From positions 1 to 60,714 of the IMG/VR virus record IMGVR_UViG_3300042890_000355: 60,714 nt of DNA. The stretch is one strand, 5' to 3'. The notes beneath the pieces were generated by a model. The model made no database searches and was not told the DNA's origin. It worked only from the letters and a program-made list of their open reading frames with translations. This document shows positions 20,229 through 29,403 of the stretch, in pieces (the first letter of the stretch is position 1; each line of letters begins with the position of its first letter). This stretch comes from a virus (taxonomy: Duplodnaviria; Caudoviricetes). A program made the position numbers and the translations under genes.

Positions 20229-20492
20229 TCAAGCCATTGGGCCTCGTGACATAACACCTTTAGTCGCCGCGCCTGCACCACGCATCTTGATACCAGATGT
20301 TTTAGTTGCCGGCTGAGGACGACGATTAATGTTACCTACAGACATATTGACTGTATTGGCATCACTGTGGTCAGGGCCAGAACCGGGGTTGTCAGTAGCT
20401 TTAACAACTTTGCCAGTCATTGTGTGTGGCGTGGCATAGACCTTGGCATCGCCAACTTCTTTACCCATCAATTTTTTGCTAAATGTAGCCAT
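20229..20492 (-). CDS. Small basic virion-associated protein
   Basis: C-terminal MRGAGAATKG. Confidence 0.7.
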   Translation of the reverse strand: MATFSKKLMGKEVGDAKVYATPHTMTGKVVKATDNPGSGPDHSDANTVNMSVGNINRRPQPATKTSGIKMRGAGAATKGVMSRGPMA

Positions 20493-20494
20493 GA

Positions 20495-20683
20495 TTAACC
20501 TCGTTTCTGTGCGGCAATCTTTGCCAAGTTACGACCCATAGTCTTCATATCGGCATTGGTTTTACCCTTACCTTTACCTTTTCCGCCGTGCATCATGGCG
20601 GCAACAGGGCCGCTGTCACCAAGGTTTTTACCCTCAGTCTTACCTTTTTTAGCAATGCCGTCGGCTGATTTTGTATATGCCAT
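20495..20683 (-). CDS. Small basic protein
   Basis: ADGIAKKGKT motif; AAGGAG RBS upstream. Confidence 0.65.
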   Translation of the reverse strand: MAYTKSADGIAKKGKTEGKNLGDSGPVAAMMHGGKGKGKGKTNADMKTMGRNLAKIAAQKRG

Positions 20684-20693
20684 TTTAATCTCC

Positions 20694-21233
20694 TTAAGAT
20701 ACTGTAAATTGATTTGACTTGCTCAAATTGTCTGATGCGGGTATTACCTGCAAATTATGAAGCACATGAAGCCCAGATGCAAGTTTTCCTTGCAACGGAA
20801 TGACATGATCTACATGCCATTTAAAGCCAAAAAGCTTGGTTCGTAAAACAGCCAAGTCATAAACTTCTTCAATCATCCAATGGTCTTCTAATGTTAACCA
20901 ATTTGCAGTTCTATTGTCTTTGGCTATCTGATAGCGTCTTGTCTTTGCAGTCCACTTGCCAGCATTGTTTTTGCGATACTGAGCACGTACTTCTTTAACT
21001 TTTTGAGTTTGCTCATACGCTTTTTGGTAAATTGCTTGGTAAGTTTTTAGCTTTACGCTGTGTTTTCGGTAGCCGACCAGATACTCTTTTCGACTCGTTG
21101 TACGTTGCCTATCCATTGCACATTCAGCACAATCAGCATTAACTACAAAACGTACACCAGAATGCCCATTTTTACATGGCACACCCTGATACCTTTTATC
21201 CCCAGCTAATTGAGCATCTTGTTTATTTTTCAT
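20694..21233 (-). CDS. HNH homing endonuclease
   Basis: CKNGH...CAEC zinc site; VDHVIPLQG...GLHVLHNLQ...NLSKSN. Confidence 0.9.
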   Translation of the reverse strand: MKNKQDAQLAGDKRYQGVPCKNGHSGVRFVVNADCAECAMDRQRTTSRKEYLVGYRKHSVKLKTYQAIYQKAYEQTQKVKEVRAQYRKNNAGKWTAKTRRYQIAKDNRTANWLTLEDHWMIEEVYDLAVLRTKLFGFKWHVDHVIPLQGKLASGLHVLHNLQVIPASDNLSKSNQFTVS

Positions 21234-21613
21234 GAAACTGTGACCGTTCCAACTGAAGTCGTAGCAACAAGATAGTTGGGGGTTAATCCTGCATCATTTA
21301 AACTGGCTCCACCTACTGGATTCCAGCCCCATTGAATGTTCCGCGAACCACCCGATAAATTACCAGCAGAATTAACGCCTGAAGTAACATACGTTGTGTC
21401 TTTACGTGGGTTACGCAAAGCTTGTGGATCGTCCACAGGAAACGTTCCAAGCATCAACTGTGGCTGATCTGGATCCCAACATTCTGGACATACCAACAAC
21501 TGATATTTACGCTGCTTAATGATCTCAGTCTTAAGCGCCTTCAATTGATACTGTTGCCCACAGCGATCACATTCAGCAATCGCTATCTTGCCGGATGCAA
21601 ACCTATTTCCCAT
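21230..21613 (-). CDS. Zinc-finger virion-operon protein
   Basis: CDRCG...CPECWD...PQ, DPQALRNPR. Confidence 0.75.
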   Translation of the reverse strand: MGNRFASGKIAIAECDRCGQQYQLKALKTEIIKQRKYQLLVCPECWDPDQPQLMLGTFPVDDPQALRNPRKDTTYVTSGVNSAGNLSGGSRNIQWGWNPVGGASLNDAGLTPNYLVATTSVGTVTVS

Positions 21614-22539
21614 TACGTGCTACCAATAAACATCTGACGAGGAACAAACCTAATCGCTGCTTTCTCGCGGTCTTCACCTGCGGCAATCTCAAAGGTTTCA
21701 TCGTAAATCTGTTTGAGCATCTGAATGCGAGGCATTAATTCAGGCACTTTAATAGCAATGTGGTACGCCAAACCAGCTACCAAACAAGGCAGAAAGCGGA
21801 AGTTCATGTCAGCAGTTTCTACACCAGCGCCAGCATCTTGCACTCTACGCAGTCGGTAGTAAACAAATTGATATGGTGTGCTGTTATCTGGTGTAGGCCA
21901 CACAGTTACCGAAGGAAGTTGAGGAACAAATACCGCAGTACCATCTGCTTGAGCAACGGCTGTCGTGTTATTCTGCCCACGGAATACACCACCAAGGGTA
22001 TTCCCTGATACATAAGTGTAGTAAATATCTTCAGTGCCTAGCCGGATAAACCCAGATCCAGCTAGTCCAACCACCGTGCTAAGCGTGATCGTTGTGTCTG
22101 TAGAGGTAAGAGCACCATCTAAGACTGCATTTGTAGGATTAGTTTCGCCAGACAAACGCTGAATCCATACTTGGATTGGTCTTGCTTGACTAAGTTTGTT
22201 TGGAATAGTCGCATAGGTAGAAACACTAATACGAGTAATAGTCAAATCGGCTTGAGTAGAAGCTGTATTAGATCCAGTACGAATAACATGTTCTAACAAA
22301 TCAATGGTATCTGTAGGTAGTGCATACGTAGATAAACCCGGAGTTAGGTTAATGATCCCCTGCTCCATCGTCCACATGTTGATACCCTTGGATTGCCACT
22401 CAATAGTCATTAGATTCATCGACCGCCGAGCAGTTCTAAGATCATAACCAGAACGCATTTCACGACCAGCCCGCTCCCACGCCTCTTCAGCGATCTCCGT
22501 GAAATCCATATTGAATAGGGTTGAGCCGGTAGTGGTCAT
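21613..22539 (-). CDS. Head-tail connector / tail tubular protein A-like
   Basis: EEAWERAG, ARRSMNL, IPNK...RP, WPTPD, RFLPCLVAGLAY. Confidence 0.65.
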   Translation of the reverse strand: MTTTGSTLFNMDFTEIAEEAWERAGREMRSGYDLRTARRSMNLMTIEWQSKGINMWTMEQGIINLTPGLSTYALPTDTIDLLEHVIRTGSNTASTQADLTITRISVSTYATIPNKLSQARPIQVWIQRLSGETNPTNAVLDGALTSTDTTITLSTVVGLAGSGFIRLGTEDIYYTYVSGNTLGGVFRGQNNTTAVAQADGTAVFVPQLPSVTVWPTPDNSTPYQFVYYRLRRVQDAGAGVETADMNFRFLPCLVAGLAYHIAIKVPELMPRIQMLKQIYDETFEIAAGEDREKAAIRFVPRQMFIGST

Positions 22540-22557
22540 ATTAATCCTAGAAAACTT

Positions 22558-22809
22558 TTAATTTTTCTGCGCTGTTTTTGCAGAGTTAATAAAAGCCTGT
22601 GCAGTAGGCGCACCTTTAGAGCCGGGCTTACGCATCTTCTCTTTGGAACCCGCTGCGATACGCTTTTTCTTAGCGTTGATGTTGGCATATAGGCCAACAG
22701 GCCCGCCATCCGCATACTGCGTAAAATCAGTATTGTCCTTACGTGCTTTCTTTGCACCTTTGGGCATTTTGCTTGGGGAGATGGCTCCCATTCCACGGCT
22801 TGCTAACAT
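22558..22809 (-). CDS. Small basic protein
   Basis: YADGG, GLYANINAKKKR; Lys-rich. Confidence 0.7.
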   Translation of the reverse strand: MLASRGMGAISPSKMPKGAKKARKDNTDFTQYADGGPVGLYANINAKKKRIAAGSKEKMRKPGSKGAPTAQAFINSAKTAQKN

Positions 22810-22810
22810 A

Positions 22811-23104
22811 TCAACACATCCCGCCGTTACGCATAGTAATCATTGTGCCTTTGGTTTTACCTTTGGTAATACAACCATCAGCACGGCTAGAAGCTGATCC
22901 GCCTTTGGCCATTCTTTTGACAGATCTGCCATCAATATCTTGGGGCACAGGCATACCTTCACGGAACACTGTATCTTTAGGAACAGGTTTCTTAGGCACT
23001 GGTGCTTTAGGCATAGGCTTTTTTACAGCCGGTACACCTTCAGGATCTGTTGGGGGCTTTCCCATCTCAGCGGTATAGATACCGCCATCAGCATATTTTT
23101 TCAT
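22811..23104 (-). CDS. Small basic protein
   Basis: YADGG, MAKGG, ASSRADGCITKGKTKG. Confidence 0.7.
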   Translation of the reverse strand: MKKYADGGIYTAEMGKPPTDPEGVPAVKKPMPKAPVPKKPVPKDTVFREGMPVPQDIDGRSVKRMAKGGSASSRADGCITKGKTKGTMITMRNGGMC

Positions 23105-23107
23105 GGC

Positions 23108-23596
23108 TTAGCACTTTCCGCCACGTTTCATAGCAATCATTGTTCCTTTAGTTTTGCCTTTTGTAGCAATACCATCAGGAGTTTTACCAGTTTTAACAGC
23201 GCCCATCTTTGATGGAGCCATACCACCAGAAGCCAACTTAGTCATAGTTGAACCTTTATGTAAGCGGCCTTCGTGTTTGTTCACGGCTTTTTGCATCATC
23301 TTCTTGTCCATCTTGACATCTTCATGAGCCATGCCGCCTTTTTTCATTTTGCCAACGCCGTCAGCAGCAAAAGTTGGAACTTTTTTTCCATCTTTCATAA
23401 CCATTGGCATACCGCCATCTGCATATCCACCCATGTTCATCTTTTTCATATCGCCACCTTTAGAAAATTTCTTGCCTTTATCGGCAGTTACAAAGTCTTT
23501 ACCCACTGATGTAGGCACTCCGGCTTTCTTAGCAAACGATGGCGAATTAGCTATCGCGGCCATGAAATTGTGTTGCGCTTTACTTTTGCTCGGCAT
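23108..23596 (-). CDS. Basic Met/Lys/Gly-rich protein
   Basis: Repeated xxxGG motifs; DGIATKGKTKG. Confidence 0.7.
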   Translation of the reverse strand: MPSKSKAQHNFMAAIANSPSFAKKAGVPTSVGKDFVTADKGKKFSKGGDMKKMNMGGYADGGMPMVMKDGKKVPTFAADGVGKMKKGGMAHEDVKMDKKMMQKAVNKHEGRLHKGSTMTKLASGGMAPSKMGAVKTGKTPDGIATKGKTKGTMIAMKRGGKC

Positions 23597-23838
23597 CATT
23601 TCCCCGCTTGAATAAGCTGGTCAATCTTTGCTTCAAGTTTGTTAAAGCGTTGGTCAATGTGGTTCGTAATGCGATCCACTTCTGCTTGAGTAACGTTATC
23701 ACGGGCAACCTCCTCGCGTGTTTTGTTCAACAGAATACTGATACGAGCCAGTTCCCTGAACTTTTCATTCATCATATAGCACAACAATCCAATCACTAAG
23801 GATAGGACGGCAGACCAAGCGGTGTTTAGATCTAACAC
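23596..23838 (-). CDS. Small protein with N-terminal TM helix and coiled coil
   Basis: LLNKTREEVA...RFNKLEAKID. Confidence 0.6.
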   Translation of the reverse strand: MLDLNTAWSAVLSLVIGLLCYMMNEKFRELARISILLNKTREEVARDNVTQAEVDRITNHIDQRFNKLEAKIDQLIQAGK

Positions 23839-24389
23839 ATCCGACCTTTAGTTTTACCACGCTGGGCAATACCATCTGCACGACTGGATGCAGAAACTTT
23901 ACCGCCTTTTTTGTAAGTATCGCCAGCGGCATTTTGTTTATTTGCTTCGGCATATTGTGAGCCAACATCAAACCCAGTTTGTCCAGAAGCATTGTTAACG
24001 GCTTTACGCCCAACATCTTCACCAACGCCTATAATTTTTGAAAGTTCTTTTTGTTTAGCAATACGTTCTAATTCTTTAGGAGATGGTTCTGGAAATGGAT
24101 TACGTCCAAATGGGGTTTTACTCCAATCTTTGGTACGATATTCCTCTACCAATCGCCTATCTTTATCTATTGCCTCTACGTTAGAACCTATCTTTGGTGT
24201 ATCAAACTTTCGTGATTGGGCTTTTTTATTTATTGCGTTTTTTACTACAGAGGCGGCGGCTCTACCGGGGCCAATAAGTAGCCCCTCTAACGTAGTGTCT
24301 CGTTCAATAGCTTGTTCTTCAGGCGTAGGTAACTGACGATTGCCTTTAGCATCGTATTTTTCGAGTACGCTTCTAAATTTTTCAGCCAT
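23832..24389 (-). CDS. Basic protein with C-terminal ASSRADGIAQRGKTKG motif
   Basis: YKKGG followed by the shared motif; AAGGG RBS. Confidence 0.7.
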   Translation of the reverse strand: MAEKFRSVLEKYDAKGNRQLPTPEEQAIERDTTLEGLLIGPGRAAASVVKNAINKKAQSRKFDTPKIGSNVEAIDKDRRLVEEYRTKDWSKTPFGRNPFPEPSPKELERIAKQKELSKIIGVGEDVGRKAVNNASGQTGFDVGSQYAEANKQNAAGDTYKKGGKVSASSRADGIAQRGKTKGRMC

Positions 24390-24398
24390 ATTTACCCC

Positions 24399-24644
24399 TT
24401 AACAATTCCACGCCCTCAATGCTTTATTAATCCGTGAATCTGGATCGTTGGCTGTCTTGGCAGAGGTTAGCTTCTTCTTCATGCCACTCATCCTTGCACA
24501 AAAGGAGTCGCGCCGTGAGCCGCCTTCCGGCTGGGGAGGTTTCAAGTTCATACCTTGCGCTTTCGCGGAGGCCCGACCCTTGGCGTTTAAACCACCCTTC
24601 TCGGATTTGCCCTCTTTCCTCTGCCATGCTGGACTCTTAGCCAT
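24399..24644 (-). CDS. Conserved small basic phage protein
   Basis: MAKSPAWQRKEGK, GGLNAKGR, SFCARM, ALRAWNC. Confidence 0.75.
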   Translation of the reverse strand: MAKSPAWQRKEGKSEKGGLNAKGRASAKAQGMNLKPPQPEGGSRRDSFCARMSGMKKKLTSAKTANDPDSRINKALRAWNC

Positions 24645-25113
24645 AGAACACCGTAATATGCGTATTGGCTCCCAAGAAAAGTCGTATGCCGTAATGGGCA
24701 AGAATACCTTCTCCGGGAATATTTACGTTGTATGCAGTTTGATTTGACGAATCTATTTGCAGTAGTACGTCATTGTATACGGTGACATTTCCGCTGGCTG
24801 CACCAGAATTGGCAACAGTAACAGTAAACGTATTTGCAGTAGCCGCTGTTTGAACTTGATATGGGTTGTCTGTTAAATCCCAATCCAAATAAACCCAATC
24901 ACCCGCTTTTAGACCGTGATTGATGGCAGTAATTGTTGCTGTTGTAGTGGCTCTTGCGTAAGTCCCGCTAATACTAATGTTGTCAACCAAAACAGTGTAC
25001 TCAGTAGCACCAGTAAAAGGAAAAATAATCGCTCCCTTTAAACGAGTTCGGTACGGAACCATCAAGCCGGAAACCCCGCCATGCTGTGATTTAACGTCAT
25101 ATTGCATTGACAT
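24637..25113 (-). CDS. Putative structural protein
   Basis: AAAGGAG RBS; ends IPGEGIL...TVFYG. Confidence 0.65.
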   Translation of the reverse strand: MSMQYDVKSQHGGVSGLMVPYRTRLKGAIIFPFTGATEYTVLVDNISISGTYARATTTATITAINHGLKAGDWVYLDWDLTDNPYQVQTAATANTFTVTVANSGAASGNVTVYNDVLLQIDSSNQTAYNVNIPGEGILAHYGIRLFLGANTHITVFYG

Positions 25114-25127
25114 AATCAATCTCCTTT

Positions 25128-25149
25128 AAAAAAGGGGCCGAAGCCCCTT
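25128..25149 (-). terminator. Rho-independent terminator
   Basis: AAGGGGC-TTCG-GCCCCTT followed by a T-tract on the minus strand. Confidence 0.85.
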
Positions 25150-25156
25150 GGGTTGA

Positions 25157-25705
25157 TTAGGAATCTGCAAATGGTGTAGCAACAGTGCCGGAACCAATAA
25201 CGTTTCCAGTCACCATGTACTTATCAGCAGCAACTGCAACAATTTGAATCCATGTGCCTGCAACGCCGCCGGTAGTTGTACCGTTCAAGTTGATGAAGTC
25301 ATTAGAAGAGCCGTTGGCAGTAAAGCCAACAACTGCGCCAGATGAATCTGAGTCAACAGAGATTACAGTACCAACGTACAAGTCACCAGAACCAGAAGTT
25401 GTACCGATCTTCAAAGAGCTTGTAGAGATGGTAGTAGGAACCCAGATCGTGTATACAACGCCTTCGTTGTTAGCTGTGCTTGGGTCTTGACCGGGGCCAG
25501 ATGTAACAGAGTTTGCTGAAACGTTGATTGCTGGCAAAGTCAAAGTGACTGCTGCTGCCAAAGAACCGCCAACCGCAATAATGCGACCACCATGAGCTTC
25601 TGGGCTTAATGTGGTGCTTGTTGTGATGTCCACAACAGTAGCTGGACCTTGTTGATAAATGCCGCCCAATGAACGAACTGGGCCTTGAAACGTAGTACGT
25701 GCCAT
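25157..25705 (-). CDS. Putative capsid decoration / structural protein
   Basis: MARTTFQGPVRS...ATPFADS; downstream of the major capsid gene. Confidence 0.65.
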   Translation of the reverse strand: MARTTFQGPVRSLGGIYQQGPATVVDITTSTTLSPEAHGGRIIAVGGSLAAAVTLTLPAINVSANSVTSGPGQDPSTANNEGVVYTIWVPTTISTSSLKIGTTSGSGDLYVGTVISVDSDSSGAVVGFTANGSSNDFINLNGTTTGGVAGTWIQIVAVAADKYMVTGNVIGSGTVATPFADS

Positions 25706-25790
25706 GATGTATTCCTTACATACAAGTTAAGTGCATCAGTCTGTATGTCGTCAGCCGGGACTGTCTAATGCACCGGATAAGCCCGGATTA
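25706..25790 (-). ncRNA. Candidate structured (pseudoknotted) cis-RNA downstream of the major capsid gene
   Basis: GTGCATTAG/CTGATGCAC stem; CCGGG/CCCGG and ACATACA/TGTATGT cross-pairings. Confidence 0.5.
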
Positions 25791-25795
25791 ACATG

Positions 25796-25824
25796 TTTAT
25801 ACCACTACAATAAATCTAATGCAA
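25796..25824 (-). promoter_or_regulatory. Putative sigma70 promoter
   Basis: TTGCAT-17bp-TATAAA on the minus strand. Confidence 0.5.
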
Positions 25825-25825
25825 G

Positions 25826-25857
25826 AAAAAAGGGAGCCGAAGCTCCCTCTTTTTTTT
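25826..25857. terminator. Rho-independent terminator after the major capsid gene (bidirectional)
   Basis: AGGGAGC-TTCG-GCTCCCT with A/T tracts on both sides. Confidence 0.9.
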
Positions 25858-25864
25858 AGACCTA

Positions 25865-26776
25865 TTAGGCTCCGGGTGAACCGAAGATACCCAATGGATC
25901 TGACACGCCGAAGCTGTAACGCTCACGGGCTTTGTAACGAACGTTACCTGTGTCAAAGTCACCGTCCATGCCAGTAGACATAGGGGTGCGGATGAAGTGC
26001 TTCAAACCATTAGGCACATCTGTCAACAGGAACCAAGCATTGGTGTCTGTCAAGTAGTGGTTAATGCAATAGCCTTCAGGGATAGAACCATTGTTCTTCA
26101 AAGCGTTGATGTCATTGTCGGCTGTAGAAACACGGAGTTCGGTTTCAAGCAAACGAGTAGCAACGAATTGCAGAGCAGGTGGAATCACCAACTTCTTAGG
26201 CTTAGCGGCGATCAACAAGCTACGCTCATCTGTCCAAGCAGCGATTTGAATAACAGCGTTTTCCAACGATGTTTCATTCAAGTCAGAAGCGGTAGATGGA
26301 GTGTTACTGTTAGTACCACCAGAGACCAATGGGTGGGCAGTGTTACACAAAGTAACGCCGTCACCGTAGGTCACGCCAGAGCCAGAAAATGCGTTGTTCA
26401 ACACAAAAGCGGCTTTAACTTGCTTGGTGTAAGCCATACCACGGGCCAAAGCCTTGGTATAACGTGAAGACAGGCTGTCGTACAAGTTATCTTCCACAGC
26501 TTCCTCTGTAATGGCAAAGCCCATCGCAATGGTTTCGTGTGTGTAACGTGCAGTAAATGCTTCCTGTGCATTGTCATAAGCGATGGCAGAACCCTCGTTT
26601 TTGACAGGTGCTTGACCGAAGCCAGACAACTTTGTCTCTTCTTCGAAGCTACGCTCAGATGACTCTGTTTCGTAGATTTCTTTGTGCTCTTCGCCGTATT
26701 TAGCGTACTCAAGACCGAACAAAGCGTTCAAGCCGGGGAGTAATTCTTTGAGCAGTTGTGCGCGTGAAATAGCCAT
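25865..26776 (-). CDS. Major capsid protein (HK97 fold, Mu gpT-like)
   Basis: MAISRAQLLKELLPGLNALFG, APVKNEG, ITEEAVEDNLY, RYKARERYSFG; followed by a strong terminator. Confidence 0.9.
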   Translation of the reverse strand: MAISRAQLLKELLPGLNALFGLEYAKYGEEHKEIYETESSERSFEEETKLSGFGQAPVKNEGSAIAYDNAQEAFTARYTHETIAMGFAITEEAVEDNLYDSLSSRYTKALARGMAYTKQVKAAFVLNNAFSGSGVTYGDGVTLCNTAHPLVSGGTNSNTPSTASDLNETSLENAVIQIAAWTDERSLLIAAKPKKLVIPPALQFVATRLLETELRVSTADNDINALKNNGSIPEGYCINHYLTDTNAWFLLTDVPNGLKHFIRTPMSTGMDGDFDTGNVRYKARERYSFGVSDPLGIFGSPGA

Positions 26777-26787
26777 GATTTAGCTCC

Positions 26788-27393
26788 TTAGATGCCAACG
26801 GCGTTAGTGAAAGCGGAAGCGCCGGGATTGAACTTAACAAACACTTCAGTGTAAGTATCAGTCAATGGAGAAGCGAAACCGATGATCTTAAACGCAGCGG
26901 CAGTAGTAACTACTGTGCTCTCCAAGGCGCTGGTAGAGTTACCTGTACGGGTAGAACCTGTAGAAGTAGACTGTGCAGCAGCAAAGAAGGTGTTTGCGCC
27001 AAGAGCGGCTTGAGTAACTTGGCCATCCAATTGAGCTTGGAAAGTCACGTTAGGGTCAGTGATAACGTATGCAGTTACCACGCCGGTTGTGCCGGAGGGA
27101 TAGTACTGACCGTAAATCTGCTGGCCTTGTGCGTTGATGTAGGATGCACCAACAAAAACGCCCCAAGCACCCAAACTAGAACCACCAAGGTTATTAGTAG
27201 TTAAGTCTGAGCCGGTAGCGGTACACAAAGCGATATAACCGTCTGCATTGATGAGAACAGCTTGTCCAAAGAACAAGTTAGTACCAGCGCCGCTGGTTGG
27301 GTCAATCAGGAACTGACTCGTAGCGCCAGCATAGGGCATGCCGTCGTTACGATTTATGGCTCGTAGGCCATAGGGGGTATTGGTCATTGACAT
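26788..27393 (-). CDS. Capsid accessory/decoration protein
   Basis: PYGLR...GVFVG...DPNVTF; immediately upstream of the major capsid gene. Confidence 0.65.
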   Translation of the reverse strand: MSMTNTPYGLRAINRNDGMPYAGATSQFLIDPTSGAGTNLFFGQAVLINADGYIALCTATGSDLTTNNLGGSSLGAWGVFVGASYINAQGQQIYGQYYPSGTTGVVTAYVITDPNVTFQAQLDGQVTQAALGANTFFAAAQSTSTGSTRTGNSTSALESTVVTTAAAFKIIGFASPLTDTYTEVFVKFNPGASAFTNAVGI

Positions 27394-27412
27394 TTTAAGT
27401 CTCCAAAAAAAT

Positions 27413-27871
27413 TTAAGTACCTTTTCCGAAAGTGACCGTGGACTTACGTTCTTTGAACATAGGCATCCGTGGATCATTTTCGCGCATGTAGGTGTTGTCT
27501 ACTGACTGCATTTGCGCTTCCGCTTGATTGCGATAGTACGCATTTCGTTGTTCAGTAAATTCCACGGGTGTTTTGCAAAGTAAAAGACCACTGACTTGAA
27601 CGCTATCTGGAAACTGTGCATGACTGCTAGATCCAAACAAACGAATTTCAGGATGGTCAGAAGCCTTTACGGGTTCCCAGCCTTCGCGCAGTTTTGAAGA
27701 GATATTGGTAGCGTCTTCCTTATTCAAGGTACTAACACGGATCCAACGGAAAGCATAGCCCGGCTCTGGATGAGGATCAGGCAAAAGCTGGGGCGGCATC
27801 CAATGTTTTGGACGGGCAACAGCCTCACGGCTTTCAGTGTCACGTTTAGCGCGAGTTTGAGTTTCAGACAT
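27413..27871 (-). CDS. Conserved head-module protein
   Basis: GYAFRWIR, LREGWEPV, GLLLCK. Confidence 0.75.
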   Translation of the reverse strand: MSETQTRAKRDTESREAVARPKHWMPPQLLPDPHPEPGYAFRWIRVSTLNKEDATNISSKLREGWEPVKASDHPEIRLFGSSSHAQFPDSVQVSGLLLCKTPVEFTEQRNAYYRNQAEAQMQSVDNTYMRENDPRMPMFKERKSTVTFGKGT

Positions 27872-27872
27872 A

Positions 27873-28796
27873 TCAATTACCTTTTCTTAATTCTGCAATT
27901 TTTTGAGCCATAAGTTCGTGGGATACACCAAACTTTTTAGCCATCGTTACCTGAAATGGAGTGAGCCGGATCTTGGAAGATGAGGTGCTCCGTGTCGCAG
28001 GTGCGACGACATTCGATTTTTGACGAGGAGCGGAACTCGTTTGAGCTTCCGATTCGTTGTTATCCAGATCGAAGTTCTCTGGAAACACTTGGCGAATACG
28101 CGAATTAAGTCGCGCGTAATATTCGTCGGAGTTAGGGTCAATGCCATTCTTAATGAGCTTAGTATGTAAGCCCAGAGCAAAGCTGGTCATTTCATCATCA
28201 CTACCAAACCAAGAATTCTCGCTTTGCCATCTAGCAGCTTTAGGGTCTGCTTGCGGTTGACGAGGGACTTCCCTAGGTGCGATTTTTACTTCATTTTCTT
28301 CCTTTTGTAAAGCAGGTCGAAAATTATTTACACGATCCATCTTAATTTTGGCAGAAGTTAGTAACTCCTGAGCCTCAACTAAAGCGTCAGAATCACCCGA
28401 TTCATACGCACTTTTATAGCGTCGTTTAGCTTCTTCAACCTCGTTAGATACTACTTTCTTAGCTTGCTCTAATAGAGCAGACTGACCTTCGCTCAAGGAA
28501 CCTTTGAGTTTTTTATTCTCTTCGGCTACCGATTGGGCAAAAGCTACAGCCTCTTCCCGCTCGCGGGCAGCTTCCTCAGCACGGCGACGCTCATTGTGAA
28601 AGCCAGACTGAAGGTCAGCAATACGCTTCTTAACCTTTTCGTCGTACTTTTCAATCTCATCGTCGTCATTAGATTGAGTAGATTTTGTTTCTTTTGAAGA
28701 GGTTTCAATCTCTACATCTACCCCGCCATCATCCTCGACAGCAGGTTTCTTTTCCTCATCTGGAAAACTAAATTCTTGCTTTTCAATTTCGGGCAT
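27873..28796 (-). CDS. Capsid scaffolding protein
   Basis: Acidic N-terminus, long coiled coil, W-x3-NSWFG, C-terminal AKKFGV. Confidence 0.75.
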   Translation of the reverse strand: MPEIEKQEFSFPDEEKKPAVEDDGGVDVEIETSSKETKSTQSNDDDEIEKYDEKVKKRIADLQSGFHNERRRAEEAAREREEAVAFAQSVAEENKKLKGSLSEGQSALLEQAKKVVSNEVEEAKRRYKSAYESGDSDALVEAQELLTSAKIKMDRVNNFRPALQKEENEVKIAPREVPRQPQADPKAARWQSENSWFGSDDEMTSFALGLHTKLIKNGIDPNSDEYYARLNSRIRQVFPENFDLDNNESEAQTSSAPRQKSNVVAPATRSTSSSKIRLTPFQVTMAKKFGVSHELMAQKIAELRKGN

Positions 28797-28805
28797 GATT
28801 ACTCC

Positions 28806-29213
28806 TTAGTAGTTAGGTCGCTGAATTCCACGGGGATCCTGAACCACTGCTTCGACGCTATCGTCGTTAATCAGTCGCCACTCGGTACCGTGTATTTTCA
28901 TTCGCGTCCCAGTATTAGGTCGCGTAATGATGAAATCTCCAACTTTGCAGGAAGCTCCTGAAGGAAATCGCTTTTCGTCTTTGAAAGCGTCTGGGCCAAT
29001 CTTGGCCACAAACAAAACGGGAGAAAGCAATTCTTCATGGTGCATTGCAGTGGCTGATTTTAAAATGCCAGTTTCGCTAAATTCCTCTTCAGCTTTGGGA
29101 AGCATACAAAGAATATGGTAAGTAGCGGGATCGGGCACTTGTCGTGCTTTCTCCTCTGGTTCTTTGTTTAGAAGGCCAGAAAGATCAACAGCAGACACAT
29201 CAAATTCACTCAT
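28806..29213 (-). CDS. GroES/Cpn10-like co-chaperonin
   Basis: TGIL mobile-loop-like segment, VAKIGPDA, CKVGDFI, RLINDDSV. Confidence 0.8.
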   Translation of the reverse strand: MSEFDVSAVDLSGLLNKEPEEKARQVPDPATYHILCMLPKAEEEFSETGILKSATAMHHEELLSPVLFVAKIGPDAFKDEKRFPSGASCKVGDFIITRPNTGTRMKIHGTEWRLINDDSVEAVVQDPRGIQRPNY

Positions 29214-29403
29214 CGTCATCATCCTTAATTTTTCTTAAAAGGTCATTCAACTCATACTGCGCGGTTCGTAGACCCTTGATTACTCCGCACATACCTTTGT
29301 AATCAGCGTAGTCTTTAGCTACGCCGTCACATAAAGATCCAGTTAAATCTTGTACACGTTCATTAATCTTTTGATTAAGAACATCAAATATTTTCAGTTC
29401 CAT
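29206..29403 (-). CDS. Small head-module protein
   Basis: DYADYKGMCGVIKGL; coupled to both neighbours. Confidence 0.7.
   Translation of the reverse strand: MELKIFDVLNQKINERVQDLTGSLCDGVAKDYADYKGMCGVIKGLRTAQYELNDLLRKIKDDDDE

Noticed and set aside
25740-25760. Hammerhead ribozyme suggested by CTGACGA on the minus strand
   Set aside because: No correctly placed GAAA core or three-stem junction
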